From NCBI GenBank assembly GCA_051362555.1, contig CM120643.1, positions 15,784,644 through 15,848,643 on the forward strand: a stretch of DNA of 64,000 nt, read 5' to 3'. Numbering within the stretch: the first letter of the stretch is position 1; every line of letters begins with the position of its first letter. Below the pieces are notes generated by a model. That model was not told the DNA's origin. It saw only the letters and a list, made by a program, of their open reading frames with translations, and ran no database searches. The stretch is from Lingula anatina (lineage: Eukaryota > Animalia > Brachiopoda). Shown piece by piece: positions 52,081 to 64,000 of the stretch. A program made the translations under genes and the position numbers.

Positions 52081-55000
52081 GGCATCAGAAGGGAGGTGCC
52101 ATGACCTCAAAATAATGACCCGGATACCAACGGTAAAAAACGGACGGCGAATATTTGTTTTATATATCTTTGTTTGAGTTGTATTTTTTATGCTGTTTAT
52201 TTTAATAAGTATATTTTAATGACAGATTTTTAAATGTGTGACACACAGACCGCGAAAAGCTTCTTATTTGATAAAACAAACCAATCCGTTTAACTTCCAT
52301 TCAACATACTGTACACTGACCAATACACATTATTTGTTACGCAAAATTTAAAACCCCAAACACTCTAATAACATTTTAATTCGTTTAACAAGGGCAAAAG
52401 AATTATTCTAATTAGACGAATCTGATTAAAAGCAGACAATAAAGCAAAAGAAATCAATATTGAAACTATTTCCTTTCTTCTTAAACTTCGCCAGACAACA
52501 ATGAAACTGACCATAGTGCAATGATCACCAGTACAGCCACCAACATCACGGCATATCGAGTAGGCTGGAGATACTGGAAGACCACTTTTCACTCCAGTGT
52601 TTCGTTTCATTTTAATTCGTACTAGCGGGGCGGGCGTCTGGGTGTTAACGATCTATTGTTATACACGGTGTTAACTCAAAACGCTGCATCCGTCCCATCG
52701 GCCAATCTGACTGTATATCTACCGCCTATAATTGCGCTTGATTAATTCTAACAGATGAACGCCAGGGTGGTCGGCTATTGTATCTTGGACACATTTATAT
52801 ATCTCAATATATCTGGACTGGGTAAACAAACTGTTCCAGCGGTATAATCGCTTGGAAATGATATACAATGTTTGCATTGAAAGCTGCAAAACCTACGATG
52901 TATAGATTCACTTGCTGAAATGGCGTGTAATGGTTTGATCCTTAGTTAAAATAGTGAAAGAGGATAAAAGAAGGTATTTATCAGAAGACTGTTTGATTTA
53001 TAAAAACAAAACCTATGCTAACTTGGCTGAGCTAAAAGTAAAAGAGAGCAAAAAATTTGCCGAGTTGCACAAAATGCAGATTTTACAAATACGTTATCCA
53101 AGTGTAGGAACTCACGTTGTCAATACTTAAAACTATCTAGTCATATTTTGTGTAAATAAATGTTTTCTTATTAATTTTAAATTCTAATTCAACGCCGTAC
53201 CTACCAATTTCACAAAATGCTATAGATCTGAAAATTAACATATGGAATCACGTGAAAATATGATCGGCAACATTAAAAAAATATTTACGTTCTTGGACTC
53301 TCACCCTTGCCTTTAAAAGAATTATATGCGTTTTAACAATGAATAAAAGACTTTCCTAGACAAATACTCATTGTTATTTAATTCTAACTTACTCCAAAAC
53401 TGTCGAAAATTAGCACAATAGCAGCAAAGAAATGTATTCGTGTCACATACAATGCGTGTCATATTTCAAATAATAAAGAGCCTTAGAGTTCCAAAATGGA
53501 ACACACCTGGGAATGATATGTTGATTTTAGGTTACTTTTCGTCTCTATGCAATACGTCATTCAGAGAAAAAGAACGTAATGAAAAAAGTGTTAAATTTCA
53601 CCCAGCCGGAAACAACAATGGAAGAATATTAAAATGAAGCATTGGCAAGGATATGGCAATCAAAACTGTCACAATCCCTCTCAGTATAAAAGACAGGCTG
53701 GTCATGGATCGCAAAGTCCCTTCAAAGTTGCCTGGTGGTTAGAAAAAGATTTAAACTATTTTGTATAGTATAGGACATTTTGACGCGTTCTAGCATGTTG
53801 TTGATTTTTAATTCCTTGCATTTTTACTTTGTAAAAAGTCTTGCAGTGAGTGCTTGCATGGTAGAAAGAACCTGAATTGGTGCATTTCAAAATTCGCAAC
53901 CCCTGCGCAATCCTTTGGATAGCCACAGTTATGTTAAGTTTTTAAAGCAACTGTGTATTTTCTTAGATATTCAAAACAATATAAATATCCTCCCAGATAT
54001 CACTTTCGATGCACCTTATTTCTCGGAATTTTCAAAAGTTTACCATAGGTGTTTCAAAAATTCTTACAAAACATCAACTGAGGCACATGCATACTAGATC
54101 CACAAAAAACTAAATAGTTATTTGACTTTTGACAGATTTTTCCTACATTGTCGTTCACGACATTCTAACCAATCTAATAGCTAAGATAAATTTTTAGAAT
54201 TCAGGCCAAACTATAGAAATATTTCATTATGCTAAACTGGGGACTAAACTACAATTTTATTGACACTGAAATATTAATTGACAGAAGTTTACTACTATTT
54301 TAGCCATGCTATCATTTTGAAACGTCCCCATCACAAACTGGACATTATGTTAACTTAAAATTGATATTTCATATGTACTATATTCGGTTTTCATAAACTG
54401 GCGATATCTTAAATGGAGCTACATCAAGCATTTCACCCAACCCTTAAATTGCCTTCAAATTGATCAAACTTGCAAAATAACGTACATTTCTGTAGTTTGG
54501 GGAAATTTTTGCTTCTGTTTGGCATTTAAAAGTTTCACATGCTAAATGATTAATTTATTCGAATTACACATAAACGTTGATAACAAAAAAGAAATTATAT
54601 TTGTACTTGGTATACGAATGCCATCCCTCTCGCCATTTTAACACATATCAGACTCTTACCGCTGTCGGCAAGGACACGCTTGCCTGCTATGACGTCATCG
54701 TCTCAGACAGATGTCAACTGTATTCTTTACAGTCTCTCAATTCGTTCATCTTTTTTAACAAGAGGCCTAAATATGCTTCGTCATGTCAGTCTCTGATAAT
54801 ATGTCTGCATTTTCAGACGATTAAGTGATTACCGAGGAATTTCAGTCTAAATTTAAATTCTTGTTGAGGGTCCCAACAAAAATTTATAATGTTTACATGT
54901 AATTTTGTCTGTCATATTGTTTTCTAAACCCAGTTTATTCTCAACTGTCTTGATTTGTCCATGGGCATAAAAATGGTAGCATTTTCCTCTTTTTTTCAAA

Positions 55001-57355
55001 AACAAAAAAGGCACAAATTTAAGTATGCATTCTGTATATCTATATTTGATTTTGTCTATGAAATTTTGGGCAATCATATTATGTCACAGGTGAAGGTCCG
55101 ATTATGCCAATTTGAAACCATTTTCACAACTAAATGGACGGGAAAAATTAGAAGGTTGTCTCTGATCTACTTTATGCTGAAGTTGAATATACGCAAGTTA
55201 ATAAGAACTTCACATAAATCAATATGGAAGCCGTGAAAGCTAATTATGTCTTTTCATTTTCACATCAGACCACTAAGCGTAACAGTTCACATCAGTGACC
55301 CTGACCCCTTAACTCCCAAACAAATCACAAATTTGGCAATAAGGATGTTAATGACACCATTAACTGTCTGCAAGGTACGTCTGCTTTTATTAGATACCAT
55401 GTGCGTTGGTTTCAGCTTTTGATGCATCACGCTCCTTTCTTTGAATATCTTCAACAAGTTGTGTTTTAATAAATTTGAAGGCATCATGATTCTGTTTAGT
55501 CTAGTAAGTAACTATTGTTTCAGGTGCATCAAAATTAAACGTAAGAATATTTTAAGTTACCATGGATATAATTAATCACATGGTAAGTTTCCTGAACACA
55601 CTGCAACTAGAAAATGTTAAACATTGCACTTATGTGGTGATTTGAGAAACGCTAACAGTATGCAACGTCTTTTCCAATTAAAAAAGGGCAGACATAAAAC
55701 TTCAACATAAAGTTCATCTATACTAATACTTACTACGCGACGTTTTATCGGTTTAATCTTAGGCAACAAAAAGTCCGTCGTTGCCGAGTTCAATGGTTTG
55801 TATTAAAGTCATTGTTTTGAAATGTGTTGATATTTTCCATTGATTCGTCTACGGTACCGATCCGAGACAAACAAAATTTGGTATGAAAAGTTTGCATAAA
55901 GCACTAAAGTACATCTAGCGACTGTCATTCAAACAATTGTTTATGTATCTTTTTTCTTTGCACTGTATTCCAGACAGAAATGGGTGACTGTGCCAACATA
56001 TGGCTCCAACAAATAGAATACAGATGTCGTATTTTAAAGCCACCAGAAGGTCTATTTTGTTTAACAAGAACTAAAATATTGCCGGCTATCATGGGTCAGC
56101 TGTGCATAAACAAAGACTGGACAACACACGTGAACTTTTCAAACACCTCTCTTTAAATAATAATGTAAGAAAATCTGGTACCAATATTCATGTCGGGCCC
56201 ATGTCCCACGCTGGTGGGATTTTATGACATACTTGCCGCTAGAAAAACCATATGCTTCTGTCAGTCTCATTATTATATCTCAACGCAGTTGTAAAACGTT
56301 GAGTTCCTTGTATTATTTTTATTTCGAAATGAAAAGTATTTAGGGGTAATGACAGTTAAATAGTTGTAGGTGAAGGCATACACAACATGGAAAACAGAGA
56401 TTTCTTGTTGTGGAAAAGTGATATTTTGAAAACACTTATAGTTTACTTCAAAAACTGGCAAAATAACTAAAGAAGGTTATGACATAAAAAATGACGTGTC
56501 TTTCAATCGGGGGGGGGGGGGGGGGGGGGGCAAATGCTGAACAATAAGTTTTGGTACTTGCTGCAATATGTGCTAGACAAATCTTTGGTAGACTCTGACA
56601 ACTGGTATTGTAGTTTCAATGACGTACATTCCCCAAATGAATCGATATCTTCTTAGAAAATAACTCATAAATATCACCGATGAAGATACTCACGGTGGAG
56701 CTTAGATGAAATGATATATTGATAATTACCCGCGTGTTATGACAATATTAAAAAAATTAATCGTCATTCACACCTTTTTATACCAACCATAATTCACAAA
56801 ATGAAACATTATCTATCAACTTCAATAAATCATTGTATTTATTGTATTACAAAATTGTGCCGCAAAACACACTATCTTTATGTCCATAATGAAAAGAGAA
56901 AAAACTCCCGGACAATCACTTAAAATTCAGAGTAAAAAAAATAACAATTGTTAACGCTTTTATGACCAATCAGAAACGTTTTTAAGTAAGAACCCAGGAC
57001 CTCAAACAACCTTCTCAACGCGCCAATATTTCACACCTTTCACACTGTTCACGAGCCTGGAGCGAGAAATCTTTTAACAGGGGCCAAATCCTGGTGACCC
57101 AGGTCAAGGCAGGTGATTGGACAGTCTACCTCAATTTGGCTTTGACCACAATCTCGCTCCGAGACCTAAAGTCCTACTTGGACTAAAACAGACACTGGTC
57201 AATTTTTAGTTCTATGTTGAACTTTAGTTTGGTGGTAGATATTCAAATAATTTCAAACACATCGAAAAAAACGGGATATTGTAATTCGAGATACAGTGTA
57301 GTAACCAGCAATTAATATTGTACTTAAGCCTTGTACTAAACAGCATATGGAAACT

Positions 57356-57357
<2 letters not shown>

Positions 57358-57422
<65 letters not shown>
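57358..57422. repeat. Compound (GT)n(GA)n microsatellite
   Basis: Read directly. Confidence 0.99.
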
Positions 57423-57426
<4 letters not shown>

Positions 57427-60400
57427 CAACATAAAAAAGCACAGATTGCATTATTAAAGCATAATATACGGACTCCTCGGTGGCGATACATGTAGCAAGA
57501 CCATTTATCTCACTAACTAATACTGCGGCTCAAAACGTTTATGCTATGTAGAACTACTGTAGCTGAGAGAGTTCGTTTGCAGAAGTACATATTTATAGCC
57601 TGGATTGCTACTTTATCTCTATCTGGCTGTAAATCACAAACGTCCTGGTAGATCATACCCGGCCAGCAAGCCACTACTGACCATAATACTGACCATAGGC
57701 CAGTGCCGGGGAGATAGGGGAGATTAGATTCAGTGTCACGTTGCTGCTACTGGCAAAGTTTTCAGGCAGTCTGAAGCGTATTAGAAAGCGAGAACAACAG
57801 TCTTCTACTTAGTGATAGGGTTTTAATATGTAACATTACACCATATAAATTCAAACAGTATCAAAATAGATCTATCTCTATAAAAACAACATTAACTGCA
57901 TGAAAAATAAAAGTAGCAAACCTAACATGAATAAAAAGTGACACAGTCAAATTTGATTATTTTGTAATATACGCAGGGGTCTCTGGTGTTAAATAACAGG
58001 TAGGCCCTACATGAAGGAGTATGGATACATATTACGTAAGTCTGGGTATCACGGCTTAATATATCGCTATAGCAAATTACAAAAATGACTCGATCTTTTC
58101 AATGGGGTAAATTGCGAATTTCAAAGTTACTGTATTAATTAAGTCATAAATTCTTAAAATTGGAATATTAGTATTGATTGAGTGTTAACAACAAAATTGA
58201 AAAAGCAGGCCACCCTACATAAAGCAGGCTACCCTGTAGTTCTATTCTATACAGCGAAAGCACCACAAATGCTATATAAAAATTATTCCAAAATTATGTG
58301 TCTGAAAGATTGATGATTGTGCCCCATTGAAAACATCGAGTGATTATAGCAGATCGATATTGTTTCTGACAGCATATCTCAAGATCTAGTCTGCACACAA
58401 TATATTTAATATTTTGATACTTTCCTTTATAACTTTCAATCTGAATTAATCTTTTTTGTTTGTGTTTCATAGCTTGGACTTTTTTTACAGTCTCCACCAG
58501 CAAACCTCGATTAAGTGTTCTCCTCGAATCACATAATGGCAGGACGCATGTGTTATCACGTTTAGACATTGGGAAGAAATTCTACAGATAAATCAGTTCA
58601 TCGATTTCAGTGCTGTTATAGGCATCACGCCATCGCTTCGTTTTCATTATTTCATTTTTCTGACGTTTACTTTTCTGCAAGTCATAGCCCATTCTCTCTC
58701 TCTCTCTCCCCCCCCCCCCCCCATATTGAACTTCATCATTTGGTACACAGTCACCACTGTAGTTATTAACTTAAAATCATTCTCAGATAACTGTAATCAA
58801 ACCGTTTTAAATTCGGAATATCGTCTTCCGTATTGTGTAACCTCTGACGAGGCTGCCCCACAGTTGCATCTGGCGTAGTGATCCGAAAAAAAGGGAGCAT
58901 GGAATATATACACAGATGACTAAAGGGGGCGAGTCTTCCTAGCCTGTTTGTTAGCATAGTGAAATATAGATCAATGGCAGTTTGTTAAAATATACTGGAC
59001 AATAACGGAGGCATCATCATCATCATCATCATCATCATCAGTGGAAAGTGTTAAGGGTTTTATTTATCGAGTTTTTTTATTTTGCGACTGATAATCCCCA
59101 GGATATTAATTTTTAAAACATTTAAACAACACCTGTAAGAAAAAATGCATTGAAATTTTAAGTCACACATGGAAATCATACTGACGAGAGCGACCCATAA
59201 ATTTCGTTCGGAACGAACCACATTTAGAAGAACTGTTTGACAAAATCGTTTGGATACAGTAGTAGGGATATGACTAAATATAAAGTGACGTTGGCTCTGA
59301 GAAAAGCATCGAAATAATTATCGAATTCCTTTTCACGAATTCGCCATTTACATTCAAGGTCTGTGCAAGGAGACGTAGTTTCTTGGGTTCTTTTCAATAT
59401 AAAAACTGCGAATTCTTTGTCCTACCCTCCTTTATGTGAAGTCAGGTTTGATGCATGGCGGGTGTAATAACAACCGCTCACAAGGTTACTAAGGTTATAC
59501 AAACGTCTGCTCAGTCTTCTACACTATTTGAAACATTGAAGCCAATCTGATCATTTTGGGCTTATTATGGGCATTTCTCTGGCAATAGTGTGATGCATAC
59601 TAAAAGATGGTGCATTGCAGAGATTGTGTTATTGTTGTTGATATGTGTCAAAGTCAACTCGATCTTTTTTAATCTGTAGTTTAAAAAAAAATATATATAT
59701 ATATTTTAATGGCTTGACACTTTTAAAAGATAAGCTTAACGAGTCTGCATAAATAAGTTTTGGAATCACTGTTTATTGACAATGATATATTATCAACACA
59801 GTTTTAGCCATTGGTTGGTAGGCGCTTTAAATTAAGTTGGATGATTTTTTCCTCTTTCTGTGCTAATCATCTCGTCTCAAGAATAAAGGATGAATAAGAA
59901 TTAATTATCGAGTATTTTTTTAAAATTTTAGTCAAATCCTTACATTTTGACAGATTTATAGTGCTAAAATAATTCTGAGAAGATCATTAAGAAATCAATA
60001 AAACGGTTATATAACTACATTCGATCATGTTTTTTTTCTTATGTATTACAAGAAGTTATTTTTAATGAAATTGTATTTCGTGTATTTTTACTTGAGGGTC
60101 TTAAAACCAAACTAGTAAATCGTAGTCCTAATATCAAACTAGTAAATAATAGTTATAAGTATATTTTATAAAATACTAAAAACTCATAGCATTATATATG
60201 TGAATGATTGCAAATATTGAAAAACACATCATTTATAAAATTAGCAAAAAGCGTCCATCACGCCCCTTAACTTGTATATGCTGATAGCCAAGTTTTCATC
60301 TTATCAGATTATTTATTTATATGTTACTTTTTTCTTTCTTATACTATGTAACAAGCAGTAGAATTGAATGTAGCATAGACAGACAACACTGTTAACATGT

Positions 60401-62369
60401 AACTTTACAAGCTGACATGAATTATTATTAATATTATAAATCCTTTTCTTTAAAAAAGAGTTCATGTGAATTAAACAGAATGATTTAAAGTCTAATATCT
60501 CTGGTTAGAGGAGATTTTTTCCGATTTAACAAAAGTTTTGCCACATTTCAATGTTTTACGTTTTTATAGAGCATACTCCTTACAATATCTGCACTTACAC
60601 ATGAATAATAATAATGTTGACATATGAACCCTATCATTGTATTCAAATTTAACATTAGATGCTCCTTTAAAGAAAAATAAAAAATTGGAAACTCTGCATC
60701 AAATTATTTTAAAAATTATCTCAGGCAGAGGTTGAAGGTACCATCTCATAAAATATTAAAGGAAAAGGAACGGAATGGGGTATATTATGTATGGCGTTCT
60801 GACCTCAGATTATCACTGTTGTTTAAGTCCAGATGTCCCTAAATACCAATGAAAGAGGACAGTGCCTTAAAGCTTTGAAAGCAATATTTAAGTCATTATT
60901 CAAGTTAAGGCGACGCGGCAGGTGCTCGGCAATTTTGCTGCCAGTATCGAAATCGTTTGACTTCGCGTCAAGTGTCCAATTTTACCCGGTCTAATTTCTC
61001 CCTGCGATTACCTCGACACAGGAGATGATAGGCCAATTATACACTTAACCCAATTGAGATAAGGAAGAAAAAAATGTTAGTTAATTTGTGCCTTTTATCC
61101 TTCCTGGATGAGGCGGGGACAGAATAAGTATGTCGACCAGAGGAGTCGTCTCTCCCCTAGCGTGCGTGCCATGCGGAGAAACGCCATCCACCGATCGATC
61201 TTTTAGACAATAATTTGGTAGGATTGATAATATTAGGTGAGCCGTGGTTAGTGAAAGTTTCCCCGATAATGTAGATTGATAGCAAGGCATCATGCTCTTA
61301 AAACGAATGCACTTTGTGAATGAGGAAAAGCTAGATGGTTCATTGTGTAAAGTGAGAGTTCGCTGTCTGTCTATTTGCCTGGTGAAGGTAGCAGCCTTTC
61401 TTTCTCACATCCACTGCAAAGAGAATCTTACTCTCGTGAACTGCGGAGAGAAAGAGAAAGTTTCTCTTCCATTCCAGACATTTTTACACTCTTAGGATTA
61501 AAAACTGATATTCTAACACAACACCAAAAGCATTATGTACATAGCCACTACACTTAATGCATATTAAGACATAATTGTGACTGTGATTTATTTATTTAAT
61601 TTATTAATTTATTAATTAATTAATTTATTTATTTATCAGTTATTCGCCTGTTCATTTTATTATTTTATATTCTTCACCACTGAAGACAAGGTGCGTCAAA
61701 ACGGTGAGAGCACTTAAGAGCTGCTCATCCATTAATGTCACAGTGCCGGCCAAATCTGGCGAGAAATAGAATCATGGTGATGAGGACTACGGTATCAATG
61801 CATCACGAATTTCAATTTCATTATTTTTTTCAGAAGAAGAAGAACAGAGACAGAGGTTAGAAGAGGTTGGTACAGATGGTACAATGTGGTCTTAGATGGA
61901 GGGACGTTGGCAGGGGTATTTGAAGAAAAATTTTGGTAAGACAGATAATGATAATGATGAAGAATGTTCAGTATATTTCAATACTGACAGTTGTAGAATC
62001 CCCCTTGTTAATTACCCCTTCACTATCTCTACAATTCTCTGCACTCAGAAAACTGTTAAGTCAGTATGATGACATATTTCCCTGTGCAGTCTAGTCTACG
62101 CACAGGCAATCTTCTACATTTTCATAACAAATCAAGCGCGTTTTCACCCCCCCTCCCCCCCCGCCGCCACTATCATATCAACCTGAATGATCACCTACAC
62201 ACACACACGTCTCTTCTCCTATTGCCAGAAGGTCCACTTAACCTGATTCAGATAGCAGGAAGGGTAATGCCGTGAAATCCATTACTACAGTTGTCAGCTT
62301 CACGACGTTTGGCATTACGTGAGTGATTAGAAGCGTAGTAAGGTTCAATCAACAAATTTCCCATTGTAC

Positions 62370-62593
62370 CCTGCAGTGAAGAGGTCGTGGTCGGCCCTGT
62401 TCACGCGTCACTTAGTCAGATAGGTCCTGGCCCGGGTAGGTGTAAAGTCCAGTGCACCTAGCTCAGGGCCACCATAAGACTGCTACAGAAAATATCCGCC
62501 TTATTTAGGCCACTAGTAAAACCCGTATATAATAATGCTTTGCCCGTGTAATGTGGAATAAATGTGGAATAAAATTAACTAACTAACTAACTA
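62370..62593 (+). mobile_element. Probable 3' end of a SINE/LINE retroposon
   Basis: GC-richer body ending in duplicated aatgtggaataa and a (TAAC)n tail. The 5' boundary is uncertain. Confidence 0.5.
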
Positions 62594-62654
62594 GCTGTTT
62601 ACGAGAATCTTACTCATTCCCACACAGAGTATTTAGATTGGATTCATTCAATAA

Positions 62655-62970
62655 TTGGTTTAGTCCTGGCCTAGCTGAAAGCTGGTTAAGTCCTGGTCTA
62701 GTTTAAGTGGTTAAGTCCTGACTGGCTTAAAGCTGGTCCATGTCCTGGTCTAGCTTAAAACTGGTTTAGTCCAAACATAACTTAAAACTGCTTTAGTTCT
62801 GGTCTGGCTTAAAACTGGTTTAGTCCAAACATAACTTAAAACTGCTTTAGTTCTGGTCTAGCTTAAAACTGGTTTAGTCCAAACATAACTTAAAACTGCT
62901 TTAGTTCTGGTCTGGCATAAAACTGGTTTCAGTCCTGGACTAGCCTAAAACTGGTTTAGTTTTGACCTAG
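62655..62970. repeat. Tandem repeat with 27-bp monomer and three near-identical 54-bp dimers (starts 62761, 62815, 62869)
   Basis: ctggtttagtccaaacataacttaaaactgctttagttctggtct(g/a)gc(t/a)taaaa recurs with period 54 and is flanked by diverged monomers. Confidence 0.92.
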
Positions 62971-64000
62971 AAAAAACCATGTTTATTTACTAGACTCGAG
63001 TGCATAGTCTTCACAAAAAATTAAGTTAGCTAAAATAATCTTACTACAACCAACTTTTAATAAAAACGTGTATCACAGCGTGCCATGTTCACCGAAGCCT
63101 TTGTGATCTCATGACATTTAACTGGTCTTCAACCAGCACAGATCCGCTTTATAAATCCGGCTGATGTCACCGCAGCCATGTCCACGGCGCTGGAGACTTG
63201 CTCCTTGTCACGCTAAAAACACCAGGGACATCAGGCAGCTCTAACGAACACTGAAATGTCTCCTCTGGCGCCACGTTTGGAGCATCTAGTGGCGGTAATG
63301 ATGTGAGAATCATTGTGTCTTACCGATTTATATCTATTTTCCCAAACATAAGCTTGCTATAATTGCTCCAATTTTTGCGGGATAAATTGCGTTAATGTTT
63401 GGTTAATGTACTAGTAGCTTATTTGGTTAAAAGCTCGCCAAAGCATATGTAAGATAGTCTTCGTTTTTATCAACGCGTGGCGAGACCGACCTTAACAAAA
63501 TTGTTCAAACTGACGTAATGCTTTGGCTGGAAATGAGATGTTCACTTTAACGGGATTGAACTTCAATACGTGTATCCTTTATGAGGTATTCAATATATCA
63601 TTACACTGAGAATGTGTCGCAGATCTGGGATAATGTGGCTTGAGGCCTTTCGAAATAAATCTCTTGTGATACTTGTGGCTTGCCCCGGGACAGCTTTGAC
63701 TTCGAGTGTTCAAATTAAGGACTGAGAATTTTTCCGGTAATTAAAAGTTTTTTTTTTCGATTTTTTCCGCTTCAAAATTCATTCCATATACTGCGTGTCA
63801 TTCTCACCGTTGGTTTATATTAGCTACGTGTAACAAGGCACGATTGATTTTGATAGTAACGTGATAAACAATATGTCTACTGATTTAGATAGCTATACTG
63901 CTGGCAACTCTGCCAAAAAACTAGGAAGGGAACTGTTCTTTATGAAATCGCGGGCTTTGACGCAACGGAGGTGGAACAGTAAAGTGATACGATAAGCGTT

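Noticed and set aside
62655-62970. Regularly spaced repeats as a CRISPR array (also 22410-22620 and 23845-24078)
   Set aside because: The units are head-to-tail without unique spacers, there are no cas genes, and the context is eukaryotic.

Overview
AT-rich animal genomic DNA, probably from a lophotrochozoan or mollusc-like invertebrate (inferred from the Irx sequence style, microsatellites and mosaic CpG pattern). It is not prokaryotic. I can reconstruct one protein-coding gene: a minus-strand Iroquois-family TALE homeobox gene with four coding exons (51474-51719, 48533-48633, 41780-42081, 36408-37357; about 532 aa). All its introns are GT-AG and phase-compatible, and exon 2 is absent from the ORF track. 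It has a mirror-like CCDTGR..TDP..GQ..CSCQY N-terminal motif, an unusual post-homeodomain tail (KKEKGWFG instead of KKENKMTW) and a degenerate IRO box. The window splits at about 32.7 kb into a strongly CpG-depleted left domain (old transposon debris, MITEs, satellites, no recognisable exon) and a CpG-retaining right domain holding Irx and many enhancer-like islands. Other features are a nested foldback/MITE composite at 18.7-19.3 kb, CAG-ended MITEs with 5-bp TSDs, tandem repeats and a retroposon tail. Almost all other ORF-track entries look spurious. I found no rRNA, tRNA or CRISPR, and no convincingly new biological system; the findings are leads.
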